Counted from the stretch's first letter, positions 1-12,761 are shown. The stretch: 64,000 bases of DNA from Podarcis gaigeae (GCA_964106915.2 OZ066922.1), one strand, 5' to 3'. A program made the numbers and translations. The notes: generated by a model from the sequence alone, not told the origin.

Positions 1-358
1 GTTGCCCTCCTCTGGACACGTTCCAGTTTGTCAGTGTCCTTCTTGAACTGTGGTGCCCAGAACTGGACACAGTACTCCAGGTGAGGTCTGACCAGAGCAG
101 AATACAGTGGCACTATTACTTCCCTTGATCTAGATGCTATACTCCTATTGATGCAGCTCAGAATTGCATTGGCTTTTTTAGCTGCCGCGTCACACTGTTG
201 GCTCATGTCAAGTTTGTGGTCAACCACGACTCCTAGATCCTTTTCACATGTACTGCTCTCAAGCCAGGTGTCACCCATCTTGTATTTGTGCCTCTCATTT
301 TTTTTTGCCCAAGTGCAATACTTTACATTTCTCCCTGTTAAAATTCATCTTGTTTGTT
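1..358 (-). mobile_element. CR1 LINE ORF2 (RT C-terminal region) fragment, runs off the window start
   Basis: The reverse strand reads CR1-type ORF2 ([63 protein letters not shown]). Near-identical to the copy at 34851-35411. Confidence 0.92.
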
Positions 359-1212
359 TTTCTGATCCTTCAGGCTGGAAAAATTACCAAAACATGAGCA
401 CTGCAGAAGAGATTCAGAGATCTAATCCATCTTTAGGGGAAGCGTAATTAGCAGGAGAGCACTGTATACACATTGCTGTTCCTGAATTTGAAATAGATAG
501 ACAGATTTTAATTCTTTGTGTTAGGTAAAGTTACTTCACTTTAGCCAGCCCTGTGTATCTCTATGCTATCTCTATGCCTGAATTCTTTTCTGTAATAACA
601 TGCTTGACCTTAAATGACTGTGTGTGGTTTATTGTTGTTGCTGTTATCTTACAATTGCCAGGCAAATGTGGATTTATTTATTTTTTAAAAAATTGTTTAG
701 GCTGTGAGTTTTTCAGGTTAACCTTAACAAGCTAACCTGAAAAGTTGTCTCCCCTTCAGCGGTAACTGAGTGTCTGAGAAGTTAAGCCTTCTGTCTTGGA
801 GATGGAAGAGGAAATAAAATGAATCTGAGGGTCAAATGAATGCACTCCACATTCTGCAACATAATCACTTATGACCTTGAATGACCATGCAGTGCTCAAA
901 TGACATTTGTGGTCTTGTGCATGCTCTATTTAAAACCTAGAAGCAGAGAAAATTATCATGGGCACTGACCACTTTTATCAACCTAGCATTCTCCTGGGTC
1001 ACACTTTCTTAGAGTAAAGCAGACATACTTTGTATTCATTATTTATATTTTATTGATTTCTTTTTTAAAAAAATCTTCCTATGCTTAAGTGCTTACGACT
1101 TCTTTCCTTCCCTCAAGCAATTGAAAGCAAATTAAAAGAGGTAATGGAACTTAGACTGGGCTGTGCTCCCTTGTACTAAATAATATATTTGGAGACAGGG
1201 TGATGTTTGCTT

Positions 1213-1247
<35 letters not shown>

Positions 1248-1258
1248 CGTGTGTGTGT
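1213..1258. repeat. Compound microsatellite C(n)/(CT)n/(GT)n
   Basis: Read directly from the sequence. Confidence 0.95.
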
Positions 1259-1748
1259 TCCTAATATTTAGGTAGGATCTTTCACTTTCATTTATCTGGG
1301 ATGTGGAGATTATAAACCTTTCTTCAGATATATCAAAACTTTTTTTAAAAAAAATTATATTAAAAAGTACAAAATAACAAGTGTACAGAGTAAGACACAC
1401 ACACACACACAAAAATTAATAATATCCATGTAGAAAACAAAGAAAGAAAAAGATAATTAGTACAGTACAAAAAAGGGGTGGGGACCTTGTTATTATAGTT
1501 AACCACACCTTAATTTAATATGGTATTTATAAAAAAACTTAAAGTTAGGGGACCTTTTGGCCTTGCTTGCTTATGAGAAAGTGAGTTACTATTTTATGGC
1601 TTTTAGTTAATAGATAGATTGATTTTTAAAAGAAAAAAGTATAAAAAATCACATTTGCAACTACCAATAGGTCTCCTGAATCAAGCAAGAAATATCCCTA
1701 CTCCATTTGTGAAACAAACCAGGGGGATAAAGGCTAGTTACTTGTGGT

Positions 1749-1894
1749 CAGTGGTTTTTCTGGGGGTACGCAGGGTACATATACCCCTAAACATTTTGTG
1801 AATCTAAGTTTGGCCTCATGGAGGGGCAGTATTTCAATATGAGTAGGAAAATGAGAGTTCCCCTAAACATTTTCTTAAAAGAAAAAAAGCACTG
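1749..1894. mobile_element. hAT-type MITE, family A
   Basis: TIRs CAGTG(G)TTTTT...AAAAAAGCACTG. Perfect 8-bp TSD CTTGTGGT (1741-1748 and 1895-1902). Confidence 0.9.
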
Positions 1895-1959
1895 CTTGTG
1901 GTGCAAGATGTTTCAAAACCAAGCCAACTATACCGTAGAGAAATATGTGCAGTATACTA

Positions 1960-2180
1960 GAGTCATACATTGGAAGTTGAACGGAATCCATTCCGAAAGT
2001 CCGTCTGACTTCCAAAACATTTGGAAACCAAAGTGTGGCTTCTGATGGGCTGCAGGAAGTTCTGTCAGACGTTCAGCTTCCAAAAATAGTTTGCAAACCA
2101 AAACAGTTACTTTTGGGTTTGCGGCGTTAGGGAGCCAAAATGTTCGAGAACTAAGCTGTTCGAAAACCAAGGTATGACTG
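1960..2180. mobile_element. Tc1/mariner (Tigger-like) MITE
   Basis: Imperfect TIRs GAGTCATACATTGG / CCAAGGTATGACTG, flanked by TA on both sides. Confidence 0.75.
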
Positions 2181-2384
2181 TAATTGTTTTTGAGAACCAT
2201 CCTAACACTAAGCACAGTAGGAAACCAATTAGCATTTCAACGGGGAATGTTGAAAAGTAACAGCCCAATACTAAGTGGAATGCCAAAATTGCCAACAATT
2301 TGAAGTGAAAACAATACAAGCCTATGCTATCCTGTGAACTAACATGTGACTGAACCATTTAGTACGCCAGTGGCCTGAATTAAA

Positions 2385-2570
2385 ATCAATGGCTACTAGC
2401 CACAACAGCTATGTTCTTCATCCAGTGTTGGACGCAGTATGCCTCCGAAGACAACTTGCTGGAAATCTTAGATGTAGAGAATGCTGCTGTACTCCAGTTC
2501 TGCTTGCAGTTTCCCCATGGGCACCTTGTTGTTCACTGTGAAAACAGGAAGCTGGACTAGAAGGACTTCT
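2385..2570 (+). mobile_element. Old squamate CR1-type 3' end fragment
   Basis: Degenerate match to the typical 3' UTR (ATCAATGGCTACTAGCC...CACTGTGAAAACAGGAAGCTGGACTAGA). A related reverse copy lies at 33750-34052. Confidence 0.5.
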
Positions 2571-2649
2571 GTGCTTTTCCATCAATTATGTACCTGTTCC
2601 CATGGCTGAATGTCTTGAGTAAGCAATGCCATTTTTCAATGATGTAGAA

Positions 2650-2778
2650 CAGGCATAGGTAAACTCTGGCCCTCCAGATGTTTAGGACTGCACCATCCCT
2701 GACCACTGGTCCTGTTAGCTGGGAATCATGGGAATTGTAATCCCAAACATCTGGAGGGCCGGAGTTTGCCTATGCCTG
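2650..2778. mobile_element. hAT-type palindromic MITE, family B
   Basis: TIRs CAGGCATAGGTAAACT / AGTTTGCCTATGCCTG. TSD ATGTAGAA/ATGTGGAA (7/8). Second copy at 38062. Confidence 0.9.
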
Positions 2779-2912
2779 ATGTGGAAATATTGAATGATCT
2801 CCAACACAGGCTGAAATAACCTAACTCCACTGATTTCCATGGAAGTTTTGCACATCACAGGGAAAGTGAATGAAATACATTTGGAAGAAAGTTAACGCAG
2901 GATAGATTTAGT

Positions 2913-3237
2913 CAGTGTTCTTTTTTCTTAAAAAAATGTTTAGGGGTACTCTCATTTTGACCCAAGAAAATCACTGTGAAAGCAAATGAAGCCGCTATCG
3001 GAAGTGATAACAACGAAGTTGACCAATCACCATGCTAGATTCCAACTCCTACTTCACACATTAAACACTCGCTTCTGTCTGAGACTCAGGAAACACTGTG
3101 AGAGGAAATGAAGCCTAATGATTCACCGTCCTCGAGAAGAAAATAATTTATTTATTTATTAGTTTCTTTTTCCGTTAGATTCACAAAATGTTTAGGGGTA
3201 TGCATACCCCTGTGTTCCCCCAGAAATAAAAGCACTG
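2913..3237. mobile_element. hAT-type MITE, family A (long version, inverted relative to 1749)
   Basis: TIRs CAGTGTTCTTTT...AAAAGCACTG. Perfect 8-bp TSD GATTTAGT. Confidence 0.9.
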
Positions 3238-3667
3238 GATTTAGTCTTTAATCAGAATGAGGGAATCTACCTTTCCCCCCTCTGTTTCATAACTGTTTCC
3301 AAGATTACCCTTTCCAAACTCTCAACTCCCATCTGTTGTAGACCTGGGGTGAATTTCTTTTAAGCTTCATGAAATATGTATCGGCATACATGTTCCTCCA
3401 ATGTGTGCTTTCTCAGTTAGTCGTGCATGTTTCCTGTAAGATTTCCTGCTGCTTTCTTCAGAAGAACAGCAGAGGGATTCTGCACTGAGGATTTTGTACA
3501 CTTCTTTGTTTTATGCAGTTCCATAAAATAAATAACTCCATTTGCCATCCAAAGTAATATTTGTTGGAGAAGATTGTTCCATCACAATTTTCTCCATTTC
3601 TAATTATCAGAGCAACATTTTATCAACGATGGTGTCACCTTGGAGATTTGAATAACCCTATGATTCC

Positions 3668-4137
3668 CTTTTTTGCTTTTTATTAAGTTTTGTTTTGCAT
3701 ACATCCATATACATTTTCCATCCATAATTCAGACTAAGCCTAAAAATAAACAGATACATAAGAGAAAACAAAATTACATAGCCACCAAATATCTTTCCCA
3801 CCTCCCGTACCCCATAGTTGATGTGTTTAATTATCAGACCTTAAAAATTCTAATCTTTTGATTTGACTTCTGTCTACCACCTCAATTTGAATCATTTTTT
3901 CTTTCCTTAACTGCCTTCTTTAAATGTTTTCTATTTCTTGGTATTGAATTGTTTGGTTATAACTGTTTTGTATTTTGCAAAAATTAATCAAAGCATAATA
4001 AAGGTTTTATTTGAGAACAATATTTTTCTAGGTAATTTTTATAACACTCCCATTCCTTAGTGAACTTTTGGCTTGTTCTATTCCTAATTGTTTCTGTCAT
4101 TTTTAGCCAGCTCAATGTATTCAAATAACTTTACTTG
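3668..4137 (-). mobile_element. 5'-truncated L1 (ORF2 C-terminus + 3' UTR)
   Basis: Minus strand reads QVKLFEYIELAK/MTETIRNRTSQKFTKEWECYKNYLEKYC, a squamate L1 ORF2 end. 12-bp TSD CCCTATGATTCC (3656-3667, 4138-4149). Confidence 0.85.
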
Positions 4138-5124
4138 CCCTATGATTCCAGGTTTCCTTTACAATAAATGTTTTGAACTCCAACTCAAGGCTAGACCTCC
4201 TTCTTTTGTTAAGCAAAACCTAGTCAATTATCTTCCTTGGTCTATTAGGAAATTACCATTCTGGGACCACACTACTTTTTTTCAGTCTTCATAATCTCCC
4301 ACTCTCTCCTGAATTCCTTATGGGGCTATGCTGCTAAATTTCAACCCAGTTACTCATGCTGTGTACCTGTGTATTGTGGTAAACATGTGTGCTTCTGAGC
4401 TAGTTCAGCCATGAGAAATGGTTCCACTAGCACTAAATTTCTGCAGTCATTCATATTTTGGAAAAGTTTTCCCCTGAATATGGAGAATTGGTCTGTAGAC
4501 ATGGTGACACACATCCTTATCAAGCATAGCAACTGGTGGATGAACATGCCAAAACGAGGAAGTATATATATATGTGTGTGTGCACTGAATGCTTTTGACT
4601 TCTAGATAGAATTGTGCCTGCAGCAGGAGGTTGAAATCAGTTAATTTTTATAATGTACCCAAATCAGTGCATGGACCAGAACTCAATAGAAATGTATATT
4701 TGATTGGCAGATGCATCTCAGAAGCTAGAAGATTCCATTGTGAATTTCTTATCAAGACAAATTCCATATATAGTCTTTTCCTTTTTATTGCTACTTGTAA
4801 ACGGAGCTGACCAAAAGTTATGTTAGAACCTAGATCGCTGTCCGAGGTAGACAGGATTTTCAATTAGTAATATGGAAACTGTGTATAAATTATATCCAAC
4901 TAAATAAAATCCATATCAGTTTAATGCAATGACAGTGAGTCCCTCCAGGCATCCTTTTAACATGCATTTTTGATGATTTGTGCTCACGATGCTATCACAC
5001 ATGGTCCTGCTTCCAATAATATTTGGGCTTTCAAAGGTTTTTCGATGGTAACACAGTCTCATTTCCAATCCATGCTTACCCTGTAACATTATGATGAACT
5101 CATATCATTCTTTAATGCCACAAA

Positions 5125-5303
5125 TGTTCTGGTTATTTTTGCCCCTTTTTTTGCACTATCGCCTCTCCAAACAGCAATAATGTGTGGAGAACATGTTGCA
5201 GTATACATCTTATTATAGATGTATACTGCAACATGTTCTCCACACATTATTGCTGTTTGGAGAGGCGATAGTGCAAAAAAAGGGGGCAAAAATAACCAGA
5301 ACA
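5125..5303. repeat. Long near-perfect palindrome (86/87-bp arms, 6-nt spacer TATTAT)
   Basis: 5125-5210 is the reverse complement of 5217-5303, apart from one extra G in a homopolymer run. Confidence 0.97.
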
Positions 5304-5838
5304 GCCTTGAGGGGCCAATTGATGGCCCTAATTCTGATGAAAGCATCGTAGTGAAGCATGATAGAGAATGTGTTTTTGTGGGGTTACATTCTTTTCAGAA
5401 AAATAAATAAAAAGTTGGAACGATATAGTGAAACAAAATAGGAGGCTGAGCCTAAAATACAATATACAAATTGTGAACGAGCCATTTAATCAAGTAACTT
5501 TGACGTATGGTGTCACACCACAATTCATCAAGGCAAGAGAGTCTGAATAAATCAAAGAGAAAGTTCCAAACAGGGCATTTATTAATATCAAAGGAGATCA
5601 TGGGGACAATAATAAATGGATCATAAATTGTTAATTAAAACATTTTGGTCAGAGATCAAAATAAGGTTTCTAACCATTCTAAGGTTGTCTCCCGAGAGCA
5701 GTCTTGACAGGAAAGAATTTCCATGAGTTTTAACTAGATTTGGATGCATTTGGAAAGAGGGTTATGTGATGAATTTTAAACTGGAGCTTATGTTAGTTAG
5801 GATAATTGGAGGAATCTACCAAAAGCTAAGAACTTTTA

Positions 5839-5928
5839 AGGCTATAATCCAATACACAATTACCTGGAAGTAAGCCTCATTTAACTCAGAAGGACTTGTT
5901 TCTGAGTAAATATGCATGGGGTTGCATT
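5839..5928. mobile_element. Short, old palindromic MITE-like repeat
   Basis: GGCTATAATCC..TTACCTGGAAGTAAG..TTCTGAGTAAA..GGTTGCA. A related remnant flanks the Bov-B at about 17597-18112. Confidence 0.45.
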
Positions 5929-6232
5929 TAACAGACGGTTGGTGGAGGAGGCATTTGTGTGCTTGTCTTTTTCTCCGGTGGAAATGAGAGGGGTTTAGAA
6001 CTTCTTGACTTTGGATATAATCAGGAAAATACTTGAAACTTTCTCTGGAAATTCTGATATTTTCACAATGGGAAAGAGGCTATTGGAAACTGACTCTTCT
6101 TGAGAAAGGAAACATGGCTTAGTGGCGGAAAGTTAAAATGGAAAGGATTTCTGCCTCAGAACTCCAACAATAGAGTTGTACCTCAGAACTGCAGCAGTGC
6201 ACCCAGGTGAAATAAAATCTGACATTCATCAG

Positions 6233-6540
6233 TAGAGATGAGTGAATTTGTCAGCTTCAGAATCTCTCAGTTTCTAATTCTTCCAAACCGAAGTTACTTC
6301 CTCTTCATTTCCTAATGAAAATATATCAGCATTTTCAGTCAAAATTTCTTCTAAAAATATTTCATTATGGTATGTCATTTTCAGCAGTGCATGCATTTTT
6401 ATGTACAGTTTACCCAAGTATCTCTGCATGTTGTTCGTATTGTTTGGAATAGTGCATTGCAAAATTTGGAGACGCGTGAATTGTGAAGGAATGCTGTGTT
6501 TCAATTCACGTATTGGTTTAAGTATTGTGGAATTGGTAGT
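6233..6540 (+). mobile_element. Old AT-rich non-autonomous DNA transposon fragment, family C
   Basis: Shares blocks (TCTCTCAGTT, AAATTTGGAGA..GTGAATT..GAAGGA) with 19918-20347, 18120-18420 and 29010-29230. Confidence 0.5.
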
Positions 6541-6655
6541 TACTCTTTCAAATGAAAAAATAAATAACATCAAACTTCTACTCCCATTCCTACTCAATAG
6601 TTTTTTTCGATGTAAATGTTAGGCCTTCAGAGTGCTTGCTACTTGGCTAACTACT

Positions 6656-7124
6656 TTTTTTAAAAAAATATATATATGATATTTTATTAAGTTTTAAGAG
6701 TAACAACACACAGAAAAAAGAAAAAGCACATACACAAAAATATAAAATTATAAAATACAAAAGTACAAAAATTTAACTTAGAAAAAAAAGAAAAGAAAAA
6801 GCACATTAAATAAAAAACAACACAAAAATCCCTCTTTTTAATTCCTCATCTTTGATTCACTTATTTTCCCGACTTCCTCACATCTCCCTTTTTTGTATCC
6901 CTTTTAGAAATTAGTTCAGCAAATTCATATCCAATTTAGTTTATCTATTATTAATCCAATCTTATTTTTTACCTTGTTGCTAGAACCCTTTCAGCTCATT
7001 TCAATGCCATTAACATTCAAAAATTTTACAATGTTTCTGTAGATAAATTTTTAATTTCCTCCAATCTTCTTCCACCAACTCTTCTCCCTGGTCTCGGATT
7101 CTGCCAGTCATTTCTGTCATTTCC
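6656..7124 (-). mobile_element. 5'-truncated L1 (ORF2 C-terminus + 3' UTR + A-rich tail)
   Basis: Minus strand reads EMTEMTGRIRDQGEELVEEDWRKLKIYLQKHCKIFEC*. Perfect 15-bp TSD ACTTGGCTAACTACT (6641-6655, 7125-7139). Confidence 0.9.
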
Positions 7125-7793
7125 ACTTGGCTAACTACTGGTCTTGCCTGCATACTACCTAACTTTCCAGATCTATCTTCCTTTCTATTTATTTGCTTTG
7201 ATTTTAGTATACTTCATATACTACACACACAACAACAAATATATACCACCCATTAAATTAGACCTCTTATCACCATCTCTCATACAACCATTCTCCAGTC
7301 AAAAATATTTCAGGAAGAATTCCATTTGCAAAGAAATGAGGAGGAAGCCATTTTTGTCATAGTGTTTGAGATGTAGTGCATCTGTGACATCCTTGCAATG
7401 TCCCGATGGAGGTAGATTAGCAGGCAAAGTGCAGGTGCAGTTGTCATTGGTATGTATGCCAGGTGCAATAAGTATATATGTTAGCATTCATCCCCATGAC
7501 TTATTCAGAAACTCATAATATATCACCATCTTCTATCAGGTCAGCATTGCTGCAGACATACACTCAGCACATATATGTATGTTCAGAGTAAAAGCAAATA
7601 ATACATGGCAATTATTTTAGTTGATGCCACAGTCAGTGAATGAGTGCATTTTATGCAAGAAGTGGGTGGGACCTTCTGCAAAATAAATCCAACAATGTGA
7701 TGTAAACACAGACTTTCATTTGTTTAATGTTTTGTGACTGTCTCAGAGGAATGGACGAATCTTGTCTCCATCTCTCTTTCTTACTAGTGCACA

Positions 7794-8145
7794 CAGTGCT
7801 GCATTTATGTATAAACTAAACAAGCTCTAGCTTTAGGGTACCACTCTCTTGCCCCTCCCCCCAATATACTTCTTCTTAATTGTATTTCACTATTAATATA
7901 CTTCTTATTATTTATATTTCACTATTAATATATTTCTTCTTAATTGTATTTCAGTTCAACAATTACTTTGATAAAATACATATTTTGTTATGTACAAATG
8001 GCTTTAGATACCTATCAAGTCCATAAATTACCATATAGCATATATTTTTTAAAAAGGCAACAAATTGTTGTTGACAAAGGATAGCTGGACATATAAAGGG
8101 CCGCATTACTTTCAGCGGCTCATCAAAATCTTCTCAACATGCCTG
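7794..8145 (-). mobile_element. hAT-type non-autonomous element, family D (inverted, internally deleted relative of 52562-53412)
   Basis: Reverse-complement homology to 52562-53412. Contains a roughly 32-bp unit (AATATACTTCTTCTTAATTGTATTTCACTATT) in about three tandem copies. Confidence 0.75.
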
Positions 8146-9290
8146 AGCATTTTTGCTCTCCTGCGACATACCAATCTTAATCTATTTCTTTAGATCAGTA
8201 ATCTTCCATAAACTTTTAAGGAACGTGGTTGTTTCAATAAGCTGCACTCAATATTTGTGCCACTTTTGTGCTGGTAAAATGCCAAAATCCAGTCTAATGG
8301 AATGGAATGGAATGATAATAGCTCAGTAAGAGAGGACATGCACTGCATGCAAAAGGTCTAGTTCCGATCCTTAGCTCTAGGGTTGAGGACTAGATTAGCC
8401 AGAGCACTAGATCCAAAACTGGTCCACCCTCCATGGCCTGCTTTGTCAGGTGAGTGGGGTTGCTCAACTATCATCTGATGCCATAGGCAATTCCAATTTA
8501 AAGAAAGAATTGAAAGAGCCCTGAACTGCCCTGAGATCTATGGGTATAGGGCAATATACAAATGATAATGATAAATAATATCAAGTGTGCTCCTGTTTTT
8601 CCTTTGCAGCGCCAGTTTAAATTCATATAATGGCCAGAAAGAATCCAGCAACATCTGGAGAACCATTGATTAGTCACCCTAGTGTAGATAATTATGAGGT
8701 CAGAAATGTTCTGATCTGATATAAGGCAGGTTCCCCACCCCCCCTCTCCAGTTTTACATGGAGAGATATATGGATGCCCTCTGAGAAATCTTGCTAATCA
8801 TTCTGCTTCCCTCAGATTTCTTCAAACATACATATTTAACATTGTCCTGGTGCATGTCTGGGCCCACCCCGTTGCTATTTGCATATAGCTTGGCTTTTTC
8901 AATGAAGGTGGCTGCATTTTTGTATTATTGTAGCTTAAGTGTGACATCAGCATTATGCACACTGTAATCTGTTCACAATCCTGACAAACAAGGTATCCTG
9001 GGAAATCTACCATCTTCAAAAAATAAGTCAAAAATGTCAAGAGCATGAAAAAAAGCATGTGCACTAAAAATCATTCTTTCAGTAAGTGTTAGCTTCGAGT
9101 CTTCCAATTTTCACTTCAAGTATGAAATCTTGTATTTATGTTTTTTACAAAAATAAAAAATGGAGTAGAGGTGGATACTTGATTTCCATGTCCAGGTTTG
9201 TTGGCAGATCAGTTATAACTTCATATTTCAAGAACATGCTAGGAGTGCATTCTTGTGTGTATCAGAGACACTAATACTGAAGCTAATGTT

Positions 9291-9442
9291 ACCTATTTAT
9301 CTACTTGCACTGGTGTGCTTTTGAACTGCTAGGTTGGCAGGAGCTGGGACAGAGCAACGGGAGCTCACTCCATTGCAGAGATTCACTCCATCAGCATGCC
9401 CAAGAGGCTCAGTGGTTTAGACCACAGAGCCACCCACCTCCC
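9291..9442 (-). mobile_element. Sauria SINE 5' fragment
   Basis: Reverse complement of the head seen in the full copies (CCCAGCTCCTGCCAACCTAGCAGTTCAAAAGCAC..GTGCAAGTAGATAAATAGGT). Confidence 0.85.
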
Positions 9443-11096
9443 TATTAGCTAACAGGCAACCACAACAGCCATAGTACAATATATGCAAGTTTATTGCATC
9501 AGTTCTGGTTGTGCCTCTAGGGGCTCCCTTCCTTCCTGGAGTATAGCTTAAAGTGCTCCAAACATATGCTAAGAGGGAAAGCAGAGCACAACAGGAAGAA
9601 GAAAGAAAGAAAAAGCTCATGAACCCGAAACCCTGATGGCTTCCTATGAGACCATCTCCAAGATGCTTTTGTCCACAAATAGCATCAAAGTAACTACAGT
9701 CAAAGCTTATAGAACCAATGTTTTGCATCTGAATGTGTTCACATCTTGTGAACCCTAAAACGTCTCCTAATTTTGTCCTTCATTGACTTTTACGATTGTC
9801 CTAAGGCTCACACATATGGAAAGCAGTGACATTTCATTTTGCAGAAAGAAAGCAAACTAGTGCTATAAGTAGGTTTTCCCGAGTTTTCATGGGCCCCTCA
9901 TCTCTTTACAGCCAATTAGTACAGTAGGCCGAAACATAAACCATATGATTGCTTCTGTTGCACTAGATAATTACCATATACCTGAGAGAGCAGGCAGACT
10001 CTGGTGAAATGTTGTACTAGAAGCAAGCAGATTCTAGAAAACTGCTAACCACAAACTTGCCTTAGAAAATCTTCAGTGCAGAATTTTCCTCAATAGCATC
10101 AATCAAGCTAGATAAGGCTTTAGGATAGATTGATTTGTGTAGTTTTTCAGAGGGGGGTGTTGGGGGGGAAAATGTGGGGAAACCCACATATTCAAATCTT
10201 TAGAAACATATATATGTATATAACGTTCTGAGAGATTGTAAAGTCAGACGTAAACCGTTTTGTAAAAGTAATTTGAGTGATTGCTGATATTTTTGTTCAT
10301 AGTCTGGACAGTAAAAACACATCAAGAATGACAATGCTGTTACAGGCTGTGGAAAATTAAGATAATGGTGCACTTTAGAGCAGACCAAACGATCTGTTGT
10401 ATAGAACATCATTATATTTTCACATTCTGCCAGAGTAAGTATTGACTGACATTTCCAGCTGGGTAAAGTTAAATAGAAGCCCATCAACTGGCAGATAGCA
10501 AGTCAGTCTTGTTGATGGGGGAGGAGGGGAGTCATATTATCTATGTTGTGAGTCCCTTTGACTGGAAGTTGATTTATCTGGAATATAATGTGATTAGAGC
10601 ATTTTTGAATTCAAATAGATTTCTTTATGATGAGTGTTTTGTACAAGGCATGGAAATGGATTTCCTGAAGATGATGCATTTTCATTTGTTTCAGCTTGTA
10701 GTGAATGGAAAATGTAAGGCGGCGTGTGATAAGGAATTATGTAAACTCTTCAAATCAAAATGAAACCAACATTTTAACACTCAGGAAGGTTTTTTTATTG
10801 TTTGGTTTAAGCAAAGGAGACAGAGAATTGTGGTGCTGAAAAGAGTGTTATATTCTCCCCCTGAATAAGTGAATTCAGGGTTGAAAAATACATTTGTTTA
10901 CAAGGGTTTTGAAATTGTGGCACTATATAGGCAATAGAAAAGGTCCAATAATAGAGATTGCCTAGATCACTGCAATATAGGCCTACACAATTTAAGAGCC
11001 ACCAAAGTGAATACAAATAATTGCAGTATGTCTGGCTTGGTCTGTTTGGGCATCTAGTCTACACTGTCCTGTTCCTCCTTAGCAGCACAGCTTTTA

Positions 11097-12365
11097 TGAG
11101 GGTCGCTCATGAAATATTTCCCCTGACCCACTTCCGGTTATCGTAGGAGGATGAAATTGCACATGTATAGTGATACATCTCTCCACAGGTAACATTGTAA
11201 TTTGTAGCTGTGAACTGCTAACAGTTTCTCTGTTACGGGTGCTAACATGGAGTAACGTCTGATAATGGAACTAGTTGGATGCAGAGCAGTTATCAGGTTG
11301 CTGTACTTGAAAGGGTGCACACCACAGGAGACATTCGATGAGATGAAAGGAACTTACAGGGAGGATGCCCCATCGTATGACGTAGTCAAGCACTGGCATC
11401 GTCAGTTCAAGTGTGGTTGGACTTTGGTGGAAATGGCTCCCATTTCTGGGCGACCACAGTCCGCCATTGATTGAGGCCTCCATTTTGGAGGCTCAGCACA
11501 TAACCATTCGCCAACTAGCTGCAGATGTCAGGATCAGTGTGGGTTCTGTAGGGAAAAAAAACAACCATGACTATTTGCACATGGATAAGGTATCCACATG
11601 GTGGGTTCCCTGGCTGATGACGCCTTTCCAGAAGCAGGAACGAGTCACATGCTCACGGGCACTTTTGGCCATGTGTCACGAAAACCATGATGACTTCTTC
11701 ACCAGACTAATTACTCAGAATGAAACATGGGTCCAGCATTATGACTCAGAGACTAAATCCCAGTCCAAACAATGGAAGAACTCTGCCTCACCACCTCCAA
11801 AGTAGGAACATGTCCAACTGTCAGTGGGCAAGGTAAAGCTCATGGTCTTTGAGGACCAGCACGGAGTAGTGATGATGAATTTCCTGGCAAAGGGTACCAC
11901 AATTACTGGGACATACTACACCTGACTGCTGCGGAAATTGTGGAAGGCCATCAAAATTGAGAGACGTGGTATGCTGACCAAAGGTGTCCACCTCCTGCAG
12001 GATAACAACCCGGTTCATAACTCGGATGTTGCTCAGACGGAAACCCGGTCCTGTGGCTATGAAATCCTTCCTCACCCCCCGTATTCTCTCGATCTTGCAC
12101 CATCAGACTTCCACCTCTTTCCAACCACGAAGCTATTTTTGAAGGGCAAGCTTTTTTCCAGATGATGAAATGCTGGTTTCTGAGGTCGTCGTGGCTTCTC
12201 ATGCAACCTGCCAACTTCCACAGATGAGGTCTCCACAGCTGCATAAAGTGATGGGAGAAGTGTTTGACTCTTGCTGGTAGCTATGTAGAGAAGGACTAAT
12301 AACTGTGCCCAGTTTCATTTGTTGTATGTAGTATGTCAGTGGAAATCTTTAATGAATGCCACTGG
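11097..12365 (+). mobile_element. Full-length decayed mariner transposon (about 1.27 kb; irritans/Hsmar2-like)
   Basis: TA flanks on both sides. Degenerate TIRs of about 31 bp (22/31 match by my count). Internal transposase pseudogene. Confidence 0.92.
11265..12299 (+). pseudogene. Mariner transposase pseudogene
   Basis: HTH region (..PSYDVVKHWHRQFK..SGRP), WVPWLMT (WVPHEL-like), ITQNETWVQHYD (first catalytic D changed to N), QDN..34 aa..YSLDLAPSD (DD34D) and C-terminal WEKCLTLAGSYVEKD*. Multiple stops and frameshifts. Confidence 0.92.
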
Positions 12366-12761
12366 TAGATGGTGCTCAGGTCTATCCAAGTCCTGTGTGT
12401 GTTGCAATTCTGATTTACTCATTCTTCATAGACCACTGTATTTTCTTATCTTATTGCTGCTGAAATAATAATAATATCTGAGAGAACTGTGAATGAAGGC
12501 CAGCTCTTTCTGTACCCCAGTGCAGCTGTTCTGTGCAGCAATATATGAACAGAATGCAGAGAAAAGGAAAGCATAGCTAGGCTGGCATACTGCCTGTCCC
12601 TGAGACATTTTACTATAGAGTCAGCTAATTACATCGTCCTTCAGTTTTAATTACATAGTCCTTCAGGTGACCTGGTTTCTCCAAGGACAGCATGACTTAT
12701 CTTCTGGGCTTACAATTTGCATGTGCTTGCTAAAGTTTATAATAATGCAAGATATGGGCCT

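Noticed and set aside
5089-5410. Two opposite ORFs sharing MYTATCSPHIIAVWRGDSAKKG
   Set aside because: A consequence of the palindrome, with no recognisable domain. The loop lacks the circovirus-type NANTATTAC nonamer and I found no viral protein in the flanks.
10303-10434. Plus-strand exon-like segment (TTTTTGTTCATAG ... GTAAGT)
   Set aside because: Stops in all three frames and no other support.
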